NCBI GenBank assembly: GCA_050950765.1
Contig: JBMNIF010000003.1
Span: 32,001-96,000 of the forward strand
Source: Bdellovibrionota bacterium
Lineage (GTDB): Bacteria; Bdellovibrionota_C; UBA2361; JAAYZI01
DNA: 64,000 nt
Direction of reading: 5' to 3'
Positions 42,803 through 51,272 of this stretch are shown piece after piece. The translations under genes were made by a program, and so were the position numbers. The notes below the pieces were generated by a model. That model saw only the letters and a list, made by a program, of their open reading frames with translations, did no database searches and was not told where the DNA came from. The first letter of the stretch is position 1, and every line of letters begins with the position of its first letter.

Positions 42803-44017
42803 TTACTTATCGGTCAAAGCAACAACACCTGGAAGCGCCTTTCCTTCTAAGCATTCAAGGCTAGCACCACCACCCGTTGAGATATGAGACATCTTAGGTG
42901 CTAAACCTGATTGATTTACAGCTGCTGCAGAATCGCCACCACCGATAATTGTAATAGCAGAGCTATCAGCGAGGATCTGTGCAATGGCAAACGTCCCCGT
43001 AGCAAAAGCTTTCTTTTCAAAAACTCCCATTGGACCGTTCCAAACAACGGTCTTAGCAGTAGTTAAAACGGTCTTAAACTCGGCAATAGTTTTTGGTCCG
43101 ATATCAAGCCCCATCTGATCTTCAGCGATCTTATCAACAGTTGCTTCAGCCTCTTCAACATCAAAGCTCTTAGCTACCACATGATCGATCGGCAGTAGTA
43201 ATTTAACTCCTTTCCCTGCTGCCTTTGCCAAGATCTCTTTAGCAAGATCTACCTTATCCTCTTCTACACGGCTAATACCGACGCTCTCACCCTTTGCCTT
43301 TAAAAAGGTGTACGCCATAGCACCACCGATAATTAAAGCATCGACCTTCGTTAAGAGATTGGTAATGACTTCAATCTTATCCGAAACTTTAGCACCCCCT
43401 AAAATTGCAACAAAGGGACGCTCTGGTGCTTCAAGTACCTTACCGAAATATTCGATCTCTTTTTGCATTAAAAAGCCGCAAGCGTTTTGAGAGAAATGTT
43501 TCGTTAAACCTTGCGTTGAAACGTGTGCACGGTGTGCCGTTCCAAAAGCATCATTGACATACATATCACCGAGGGCTGCAACCTCTTTGGTAAAGTTATC
43601 GATCTTTTGCTTTGTGGCATCATCTTGCTTAGCGTATTTATCAAGTAATTCCTCTTCAGGGTGAAAACGCATATTCTCAAGTAAAACCACATCCCCATCT
43701 TTCATCTCGTCAACGATCTTTTTTGTTGCAGAACCGATACAGTCGGGTGCCATTGTAACCTCTTTACCGAGCAATTCAGAGAGACGTTCCGCTGTTGGTT
43801 TTAAGGTAAACTCAGGAGCAACACCTTTAGGACGTCCAAGGTGACTCATTAAAATCAATTTACCGCCACGCTCAATGACAGATTTAATACTCGGCAAAGC
43901 AGCAACAATTCTAGTGTCATCACTTACCTTACCGTCCTTAATGGGGACATTAAAATCCACCCGCATTAAAACTTTTTTGCCACAAACATCGAGATCCGCT
44001 ACTGATAATTTATTCAT
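42803..44017 (-). CDS. pgk: Phosphoglycerate kinase
   Basis: [48 protein letters not shown]. Confidence 0.98.
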   Translation of the reverse strand: MNKLSVADLDVCGKKVLMRVDFNVPIKDGKVSDDTRIVAALPSIKSVIERGGKLILMSHLGRPKGVAPEFTLKPTAERLSELLGKEVTMAPDCIGSATKKIVDEMKDGDVVLLENMRFHPEEELLDKYAKQDDATKQKIDNFTKEVAALGDMYVNDAFGTAHRAHVSTQGLTKHFSQNACGFLMQKEIEYFGKVLEAPERPFVAILGGAKVSDKIEVITNLLTKVDALIIGGAMAYTFLKAKGESVGISRVEEDKVDLAKEILAKAAGKGVKLLLPIDHVVAKSFDVEEAEATVDKIAEDQMGLDIGPKTIAEFKTVLTTAKTVVWNGPMGVFEKKAFATGTFAIAQILADSSAITIIGGGDSAAAVNQSGLAPKMSHISTGGGASLECLEGKALPGVVALTDK

Positions 44018-44443
44018 CTTTACCTTTTTTCTCTTTCAATAATTAAATATAACTTTAAAACAGATAGAACTGAGGTTGTCTTTTCCCCAATCTATCGTTT
44101 TTTATTAGCGCTTACCAGCCGTCAAGACACAGAAGCACCTTTACACATACAGTTTCTTTATAAAAGCGACATCTACGGCATAAACTCCTCGTCTATACAC
44201 CATCATACCGCTACACTTAATAGTTAAGTTATATTCAAAGTGTGGACAATTAACAATCACCTTTAAAGATTAAGCTACACCCCCTAAGATCTTTCAGACT
44301 CGACACTTTAAAGGTTTTTAGATATCCTTCTTAGGATCAGGTAAGCAATCTTAAAACTCTTGCGCTTGATAACTACTAAAGTTTCTATTAAATTTGTCTT
44401 AATAAATTTAATAGGTATAAAACTAAAAATAAGGAGAACACTT

Positions 44444-44980
44444 ATGGACTTTTTTGAAGTTATAGAGAAGAGACACAGTTATCGAGGTAAATTTAAAGAT
44501 ACTCCTGTTAGTAGAGATGACTTAAATAAGATCCTTCAAGCTGGCATCTCTGCCCCCTCCGGTTGTAATGCACAAACAACTACCTTTATCGCCGTAGACG
44601 ATCCGCAAGTGCTTTCAAAGATAAAGGAGGTTGCTGGAGAAAGTACTGCTATAAAAACAGCGCAAGCCGTTATCGCCGTGCTTATAGATACCACACCAAA
44701 AGCAGTATATAACGGGATGTCGTTTCAGGTAGAAGATGCCTCTGCTGCCGTTCAAAATATCTTACTTGCAATTACTGCTTTAGGATATTCTACGGTTTGG
44801 ATTGATGGCTGGTTACGGTGTAATGATAACGGTGCAAAAATCGCTGATATCTTGAAGGTTCCACAAGAAAAAACGGTAAGAGTTCTGCTTCCGATCGGAG
44901 TTGCAGCAGAAACGGTGTCGAGGGCAAAGAAGCGTCCCCTAGCAGAGCGTGTTTCTTATAATGAATATAAGGGCGCTTAA
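44444..44980 (+). CDS. Nitroreductase family protein; start ATG 44444 after AAGGAG
   Basis: RHSYR, APSGCNAQ, QNILLA..ALG. Confidence 0.88.
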   Translation: MDFFEVIEKRHSYRGKFKDTPVSRDDLNKILQAGISAPSGCNAQTTTFIAVDDPQVLSKIKEVAGESTAIKTAQAVIAVLIDTTPKAVYNGMSFQVEDASAAVQNILLAITALGYSTVWIDGWLRCNDNGAKIADILKVPQEKTVRVLLPIGVAAETVSRAKKRPLAERVSYNEYKGA

Positions 44981-45018
44981 ATATCTGTAAGAGAGCCTAA
45001 TAAGAATTAAAAAATGAA

Positions 45019-45065
45019 AGGCACGGAAGTCTTTCAATTGAGAGTTTAAAAAACCTTCCGTGCTT
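45019..45065 (-). terminator. Terminator-like hairpin of array unit 1 (copies at 45808-45854 and 46481-46529)
   Basis: GCACGGAAG...CTTCCGTGC stem followed on the minus strand by TTTCATTTTTT. Confidence 0.7.
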
Positions 45066-45117
45066 GTAATTGCCGAAACCGTTTAGGTTCCGAGAGTAAC
45101 CGCGCGACGTTTACGCA

Positions 45118-45561
45118 TTAGAGCCTTACGAGTGGCAAGACCTCCTCTGGGAAGATTTTGAGGATAGCCTCAATGAAGCTAAGCAGTTCCTGATAACTTG
45201 GTCTCGATTTTGAGTCAGAGTTAGGCAAAGACACACCCTTGATGTGTTTTTTACTCCACACCGCGTCGGGTTCAATGCACTCCTCAATCAGATCCTGATA
45301 AGGCTTCTTCATGGCGTTAATCAAAAACAGCATGAAGTCAGGTTTGTCCCCGTACTCTTTGAGTAACTCCGCTATCGCAGTTGTAAGGTCTTTGTTCATG
45401 AAACATTTACGCAGATCCTCTGCGAGACCATCCGGCAACTCTTCACCAGCTAAAAAGCAACTATGGGCATTCCCAAGACCGTGCTCATTAAGCCATTCGA
45501 AGCAGGCGGGGTTAACAAACACCTCAAGCGGCACCCAAAAGCCTGTTTGAGCAGCACTCAT
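45118..45561 (-). CDS. Hypothetical protein, array paralogue 1 (147 aa)
   Basis: AAGGAG RBS 9 nt before ATG 45561; shares GEELPD.L..LR.CF and IFPEEVLPLVRL motifs with paralogues. Confidence 0.75.
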   Translation of the reverse strand: MSAAQTGFWVPLEVFVNPACFEWLNEHGLGNAHSCFLAGEELPDGLAEDLRKCFMNKDLTTAIAELLKEYGDKPDFMLFLINAMKKPYQDLIEECIEPDAVWSKKHIKGVSLPNSDSKSRPSYQELLSFIEAILKIFPEEVLPLVRL

Positions 45562-45743
45562 CTGGCAATCTCCTTTTCCAACTAAAGCCATCAGACACCA
45601 AAACCTCTCTAAAAAAACAGAGACACAACCGTTATGTCTTGTGAAAGACTTCCTGCCTGAATAAAAAACATTAAAAAATGTTAATTACTCAGGCAAAAAT
45701 TAAATCTTCTACTGTATCAATTGTTAATTAAAGCGATCACCGG

Positions 45744-45772
45744 ATCTTACTGTTTTAAAAAACCTAAAGCAA
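45744..45772 (-). promoter_or_regulatory. Sigma70 promoter, unit 1
   Basis: TTGCTT-N17-TAAGAT on the minus strand. Confidence 0.65.
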
Positions 45773-45906
45773 TTTTAAAGGATCTTTAATAAGAATAAAA
45801 AAAATGAAAGGCACGAAAGTCTTTCAATTGAGAGTTTAAAAACCTCCGTGCCTTGTAATTGCCGAAACCGTTTAGGTTTCGAGAGTGACCGCGCGACGTT
45901 TACGCA

Positions 45907-46239
45907 TTAGAGCTTTACGAGTGGCAAGACCTCGTACGGAAAGATCGCGCGAAAAGTGCATTCAACGTTTAAATCGTACTAGCGCTCTTCGATGACGCGA
46001 GACAAAAACTGCGGAAAGTCACGTTCAGTCGCCTCGGGGAATCTTATGCAGAAAATTTCTGCATAGCAAGCGACTAAAACTTTTAGCTCGGCTTGGAGTT
46101 TTTCGTTTGAGAAACAACCACGCAGTCTTGCTACTAAGTCATCCGGCAACTCTTTGCCATTTGAAAAGTGCTCAAAAGCCAGCCGAAGGTCACTTTCGTG
46201 GAGCCTAAAGCAACCACAAGGATCATTTTTCTTTTCCAT
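45907..46239 (-). pseudogene. Array paralogue 2, interrupted by an in-frame TAG (45979-45981): 86 aa, or 110 aa if read through
   Basis: GGGGAG RBS before ATG 46239; GKELPDDLVARLRGCF; after the TAG the frame reads YDLNVECTFRAIFPYEVLPLVKL*, homologous to the paralogue 1 C-terminus. Confidence 0.7.
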
Positions 46240-46417
46240 TGGGCAAACTCCCCATATGAAGTTATCAGGCACAAAAACCTCTCTAAAAAAACAGAGACAC
46301 AACCGTTATGTCTTGTGAAAGACTTCCTGCCTGAATAAAAAACATTAAAAAATGTTAATTACTCAGGCAAAAATTAAATCTTCTACTGTATCAATTGTTA
46401 ATTAAAGCGATCACCGG

Positions 46418-46446
46418 ATTTTACTGTTTAAAAAAACCTAAAGCAA
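46418..46446 (-). promoter_or_regulatory. Sigma70 promoter, unit 2
   Basis: TTGCTT-N17-TAAAAT on the minus strand. Confidence 0.7.
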
Positions 46447-46555
46447 TTTTAAAGGAGCTTTAATAAAGATTAAAAAATGAAAGGCACGGAAGTCTTTCAA
46501 TTGAGAGTTTAAAAAACCTTCCGTGCCTTGTAATTGCAGAGAGTGGTTGCGTATC

Positions 46556-46978
46556 TTAGTCGCACAATCTCATCTTTTTCCAGACATTCTCTGGGAAACA
46601 TCTTGCGATGATACCAAGAATATCACGCAGTTCTTCAAGCTGAGCATCTTCAAGCGGCGATAGAACCCTCCCGCATTCAACCAGTGTTGAAGGATCCCTT
46701 ATAAGGAGATCGATCTCCTCAATCGGTTCCTTATAAAGCGTCAGTATCGCCGTAATCAGATAGCGTGAAAATTCGTCTGCGGTCGTTTCGGATGAGTCTT
46801 TACAGAATTGCTTAATGAGGCTACTTACCTCATCAGCGTTACTGTTTCTTGCCAAAGAATTAATCAGCTCTCGAGTGGTAGCTTCCGGTAATTCTTTATT
46901 CCTTTTACAGCACTTAAAAGCTTCGCGTAGAATCCTATCTAGATCGTCTTCCATAGAAGCTCTCATAGAAGCTTTCAT
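46556..46978 (-). CDS. Hypothetical protein, array paralogue 3 (140 aa)
   Basis: AAGGAG RBS 9 nt before ATG 46978; KELPE, LITAI..LYKEPIEE and CFPENV align with paralogue 1. Confidence 0.72.
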   Translation of the reverse strand: MKASMRASMEDDLDRILREAFKCCKRNKELPEATTRELINSLARNSNADEVSSLIKQFCKDSSETTADEFSRYLITAILTLYKEPIEEIDLLIRDPSTLVECGRVLSPLEDAQLEELRDILGIIARCFPENVWKKMRLCD

Positions 46979-47158
46979 AGAAGTACTCCTTTTCCAGCTG
47001 AAGTTATCAGACACCAAAACCTCTCTAAAAAAACAGAGACATAACCGTTATGTCTTGTGAAAGACTTCCTGCCTGAATAAAAAACATTAAAAATGTTAAT
47101 TACTCAGGCAAAAATTAAATCTTCTACTGTATCAATTGTTAATTAAAGCGATCACCGG

Positions 47159-47187
47159 ATTTTACTGTTTAAAAAAACCTAAAGCAA
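47159..47187 (-). promoter_or_regulatory. Sigma70 promoter, unit 3
   Basis: TTGCTT-N17-TAAAAT on the minus strand. Confidence 0.7.
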
Positions 47188-47277
47188 TTTTAAAGGATCT
47201 TTAATAAGAATTAAAAGGCACTCGAGGCTCCTTAAGATCTAGTCTTTATTTTTTAAAAAGATAATTAGTTCAATTGG

Positions 47278-48057
47278 TTAATTCTGATTTAGAAGCCAGA
47301 TCTGTAACATCCCCTTTATCGTAATATCAGGGTCGTAGATTATTTTTTCATCAATATCTTGATTTAGACGTTCCGTAATAACACCCCCCAAGCCTCCCGT
47401 TGATATGATATAAGGTATCTCACCGATCTCTCTTTTAAAACGTTCAATCAAGCCTGCAATCAAGCATTCATAACCTATCATAGTACCCGCCTGCATGGCA
47501 GAAACTGTGTTACGACCGATCACACTATCCGGAAAGACCCTCTCAATTCGTGGCAATTTGGCAGTTTTGCTAACTAAAGCATCTAACGCTATCTCTAAAC
47601 CTGGGGCTATCACACCTCCGATATAACTTCCAGCGCTATCAATGTAATCGATAGTTGTGGCGGTTCCAAAATCTACCACCAAAGCAGGAAGCCCATAAAA
47701 ACACTTAGCGGCAACAGCGTTCGCTATCCTATCAGATCCAACAGCCGCTGGATCGTTCTGCTTAATTAAAACTCCTGTCTTTACCCCTGGACCAACTATT
47801 AGCGGCTCGATGGCGAATTCATCAGCAATTAAAGTGCTAAATAATGTAGTTAATGGTGGAACTACGCTGGCAATAACAGCACCAGCACACTTAAAATCAC
47901 CGTTAAAACGTTTCTGCAAAAGAGAAACGAGGGTCACATTGTATTCATCACGAGTTCTGCGCAGATCAGTACAAAGCCGACATTCACAGATCAATTTATC
48001 CCCTTTAAAACAACCAACGATTATATTTGTATTTCCGATATCAACAGTTAATAACAT
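47278..48057 (-). CDS. coaX: Type III pantothenate kinase
   Basis: DIGNTN, ASVVP, VGSDR, DFGTATT, GGVIAPG. Confidence 0.95.
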   Translation of the reverse strand: MLLTVDIGNTNIIVGCFKGDKLICECRLCTDLRRTRDEYNVTLVSLLQKRFNGDFKCAGAVIASVVPPLTTLFSTLIADEFAIEPLIVGPGVKTGVLIKQNDPAAVGSDRIANAVAAKCFYGLPALVVDFGTATTIDYIDSAGSYIGGVIAPGLEIALDALVSKTAKLPRIERVFPDSVIGRNTVSAMQAGTMIGYECLIAGLIERFKREIGEIPYIISTGGLGGVITERLNQDIDEKIIYDPDITIKGMLQIWLLNQN

Positions 48058-48160
48058 CGTTTTTATCCCCTAGTTTTAGCAGGTCTCTTGATCTGAATAT
48101 CAAAACTTATAAAAGCCATTAAAAAATCTAAATCACTTTTAATCTTGTATTTAATTAAAA

Positions 48161-48937
48161 CTAAAACCGTTCCGAAAGTAAATCTCCAGACAAAACTTTT
48201 GTTAACTTACCACCTGTTTTAAGTAGTAATGCCCCCGTCTGATCGACCCCTTCAAAGATTCCGTTAAGAAAGCCGTGTGGTGTTCTTACCCTAATCTCTT
48301 TTTTTAGACAAAAAGCATTTGCAAGCCATTTATCCCTAAATTCTCCAAATCCGACCTCACAAAACTTATGCCATGAATTAGCTAACTCTAGTGAGAGGTT
48401 AGCTGCAACCTCCTCTAATTTAAAATCAAACACACCGAGATCTTCTAAAGAGATAGCTTCCGGTACAGGCGCTGTTTTTAAATCCAACCCTATCCCTACC
48501 ATAATGGCATAGCCGTTCTTTACCCGTTTTGTTTCAATCAGAACACCTGCCAACTTCTTGCCACTCTTTGTCATAACATCATTTGGCCACTTTAATCCGA
48601 TGCCATCAATCCCAAGCACTGCCATAATGCAGTTTCCAACTACAAGTGAAAATCCCCCACAATTTTTCGGCAACTTTTCACACCTAATCACAAGGGTCAG
48701 ATAAAGATTGCCGTCGCCAGAGTTCCACTCTCGACCACTACGACCACGTCCTGCAGTTTGTGTGTCTGCAATAACAACCCCGATCGTATCGTTCTCCAGA
48801 TCTTCTGCTAGGAGCGAAGCTTCATCCATAGTTGAAGCAACACAATCAAACCAGTAGACCCTCCACTTATTAAGTTCGCTACAAGAGTTATCGTTCAATT
48901 TGTTGCGTAAAAGATCTTCTTTTATTGATATTCTCAC
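48161..48937 (-). CDS. birA: Biotin-[acetyl-CoA carboxylase] ligase (no HTH domain)
   Basis: QTAGRGRSGREW, KWPND, KLAGVLIE, GVDQTGALL. Confidence 0.9.
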   Translation of the reverse strand: MRISIKEDLLRNKLNDNSCSELNKWRVYWFDCVASTMDEASLLAEDLENDTIGVVIADTQTAGRGRSGREWNSGDGNLYLTLVIRCEKLPKNCGGFSLVVGNCIMAVLGIDGIGLKWPNDVMTKSGKKLAGVLIETKRVKNGYAIMVGIGLDLKTAPVPEAISLEDLGVFDFKLEEVAANLSLELANSWHKFCEVGFGEFRDKWLANAFCLKKEIRVRTPHGFLNGIFEGVDQTGALLLKTGGKLTKVLSGDLLSERF

Positions 48938-49007
48938 GACTCTAATTATACCTATCTAAAATATATTCAGTTTATCCCTTTTATTTTGTAAATTATGCCA
49001 CCTAAGA

Positions 49008-51242
49008 TCACTTTACAAGAAAAGGCACCTCCCTACTAAAGATACTACCGTCATAACCTGCTATATCAACAACAGCTTGTAAAACATGTTGCCCTTTTTG
49101 CACCTGCCAAAAAAACCTTCCGTTTCTCTTTTTTGAAACACCAACCTCTACACCGTTTAATAACCAGTGTACACTTAAAACACCTTCAAGGGGTGTAATT
49201 TCAAAGATTAAAGCTTCCTCACTATCGGGGATCCTCGGATCCATAGCCACTTTCATATTAGGTAATGGATAAACGATCTCGACCTCGTCCAACGCCGTAG
49301 CCGTTACTGATTTTTTACGATGGTTAGCATGACACTGTTTTGTAGGGATCGTATCTTTTACAAATAATTCAGTAACTTTCGGGCAATTCTGATCTGGTAA
49401 AAGTCCCGTTACGGCACAGACTTTAACGTGATCAAGTGAAGGGTCAATTTGCAACTTTCCAAAATGAGCGATCTTTCCCAACTCTCCAAAAGCAGATCTT
49501 ACAACAGAAACAGGACCAACAGCTCCTGAGAGATCACGCATCGGTTGTCTCGTCAAATTTCCCATCCAGACTCCAACTACAAAACGGTTATTATACCCCA
49601 GCGCCCAAGCATCACGGAAATCGTTAGAGGTGCCCGTTTTTACAGCGACAGGAAACTGAAATTGCAACAAACCATAACGCCCGAACTCTAATCTGCGCGC
49701 TTCAGGATCTGAAAGGATATCGTTAATTATTGAAGTGACCTCACTTGAAAAAACTTGTCGTTTTTTAAGGTTCTGTTTTTTAGGGTCTTCTAGATATGAT
49801 AGATCACTATAAAGCCCCATACGTGCTAACACACCGTACGCCCTAACCAATTCAAAGAGGGTCACCTCCCCATTTCCTAGAGCTAGACCATCTCCATAAA
49901 ACTCAGCACGTTCTTGTAAACTAGCAAAACCTAATTTTCTTAATCTGTTTAAAAGATCCTCCACTCCAACAAAATGAGTTGTTCTAACTACGGGAGTATT
50001 TAATGAATTACCTAACGCTTGGCGCAACCTAATTGGACCGTAATAAACCCTACTGAAGTTCTGATATTGATGCACACCACCATTTATCGCTTCGCTAATA
50101 GGGGCATCATCAATAATAGTTGCAGCGGTCCAACCTTTTTCCAGTGCGAGTGCGTAAACAAACGGTTTTAAGGTAGAACCAGGTTGGCGTAACGTCGTAA
50201 TAGCATCGATCTGACTCCCCTCTTCACTTCCAAATACTCCGCTATTAGCCCAGACTAAGATCTGATTACTTACAATATCAGCGACTAAAATCGCACCATC
50301 GTGCACATCATGCTCTTGTAGCCTCTTAATCTGTTCATCAAGCACTCTTTTCAAACGAGTTTGTAAGTTACTATCTAAAGTTGTTCTTAATTTACCGTCA
50401 CGGATATTTTTTAATGCAGTGCTATTTTGCGTTATCTTTTGCACAAGATGCGAAGCATCAACTCCTAAGCTTGCCTCTCTTAAAAGAAGTTTTTCTGACT
50501 TAAGTAGATCGAGATCTTCCGGTGTTAAGAGCCCTGCCTCCTCCATTTTTAATGCCGTCAGAACAGTTACGGAGTTAAGTTTTTTTAAATTACGTTTCGG
50601 ATCCCACGCACTAGGTGCTCTCACTAATACTGCTAAAGCCAAGATCTCTTTTTTACTTAATGTCGTGAGGCTACGATCAAAGTAATATTTAGCACTTTGT
50701 GCTACACCCCGTAACCTTCTGCCGTAAGGCACCTGATTGAGATAGAAATTTAAGATATCACCTTTACTGAACTTCCTTTCAAGTTGATAGGCTTCGATCC
50801 CTTCCAGCCATTTTGAGCATAAAGTTCTAGGACGTGGATGCAAAAGACGTACAACCTGTTCAGAGATAGTGCTAGCTCCACGAACTATCCTACCAGCAGA
50901 AAGGCTTTGCCACAGGGCGTTAAAACGTGCTAGCCAATCAACTCCGTGGTGTTGGAAAAAACGTTTATCTTCAGAAAAAACGAAAGTATCTCTTAAGAAT
51001 TGAGGCATCTCATGTAGAGGTACCTGTGCAGTAACGTTCCAGCGGCTCTGATATGTTCTAGACAACTCCTTTCCATTACGATCTAGTATCTGAACCTTAT
51101 CAAGGGGATCTGAAGGAACTTCCAAAGAATCAGGAAGTGGTTGTAGATTAAAAAAGGTAAAGATGAACAAAACACTAAGGAGTGTTACGCCAAGAGTAAG
51201 AGAAAAGATAAGAAAATTCTTTTTTGTTAGAGAAGCAAGCAC
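49008..51242 (-). CDS. pbpC: Penicillin-binding protein 1C
   Basis: Transglycosylase EDKRF..H.GVD and GASTISEQ; transpeptidase GSTLK, SLN, KTGT; C-terminal BiPBP-like domain. Confidence 0.85.
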   Translation of the reverse strand: MLASLTKKNFLIFSLTLGVTLLSVLFIFTFFNLQPLPDSLEVPSDPLDKVQILDRNGKELSRTYQSRWNVTAQVPLHEMPQFLRDTFVFSEDKRFFQHHGVDWLARFNALWQSLSAGRIVRGASTISEQVVRLLHPRPRTLCSKWLEGIEAYQLERKFSKGDILNFYLNQVPYGRRLRGVAQSAKYYFDRSLTTLSKKEILALAVLVRAPSAWDPKRNLKKLNSVTVLTALKMEEAGLLTPEDLDLLKSEKLLLREASLGVDASHLVQKITQNSTALKNIRDGKLRTTLDSNLQTRLKRVLDEQIKRLQEHDVHDGAILVADIVSNQILVWANSGVFGSEEGSQIDAITTLRQPGSTLKPFVYALALEKGWTAATIIDDAPISEAINGGVHQYQNFSRVYYGPIRLRQALGNSLNTPVVRTTHFVGVEDLLNRLRKLGFASLQERAEFYGDGLALGNGEVTLFELVRAYGVLARMGLYSDLSYLEDPKKQNLKKRQVFSSEVTSIINDILSDPEARRLEFGRYGLLQFQFPVAVKTGTSNDFRDAWALGYNNRFVVGVWMGNLTRQPMRDLSGAVGPVSVVRSAFGELGKIAHFGKLQIDPSLDHVKVCAVTGLLPDQNCPKVTELFVKDTIPTKQCHANHRKKSVTATALDEVEIVYPLPNMKVAMDPRIPDSEEALIFEITPLEGVLSVHWLLNGVEVGVSKKRNGRFFWQVQKGQHVLQAVVDIAGYDGSIFSREVPFLVK

Positions 51243-51272
51243 ACTTCCTCGCCACCGTAATTAGGGATTATA

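Larger units (their letters stand above)
44998..47216 (-). repeat. Tandem array of three expression units (789, 674, 741 bp): conserved promoter, leader and trailer around a variable ORF
   Basis: Near-identical ~200-bp blocks at ~45590-45790, ~46265-46465 and ~47005-47205; conserved trailers at ~45000-45070, ~45790-45860 and ~46465-46535; junction motif TAATAAGAATTAAAA (or variant) at 44998, 45787, 46461, 47202. Confidence 0.93.

Noticed and set aside
44998..47216. Cassette array as a classical integron, CRISPR, retron or DGR
   Set aside because: No intI, cas or reverse transcriptase gene is nearby; there are no clear RYYYAAC/GTTRRRY attC ends; units carry their own promoters; divergence is not obviously adenine-restricted. 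A trans-acting enzyme elsewhere cannot be excluded.
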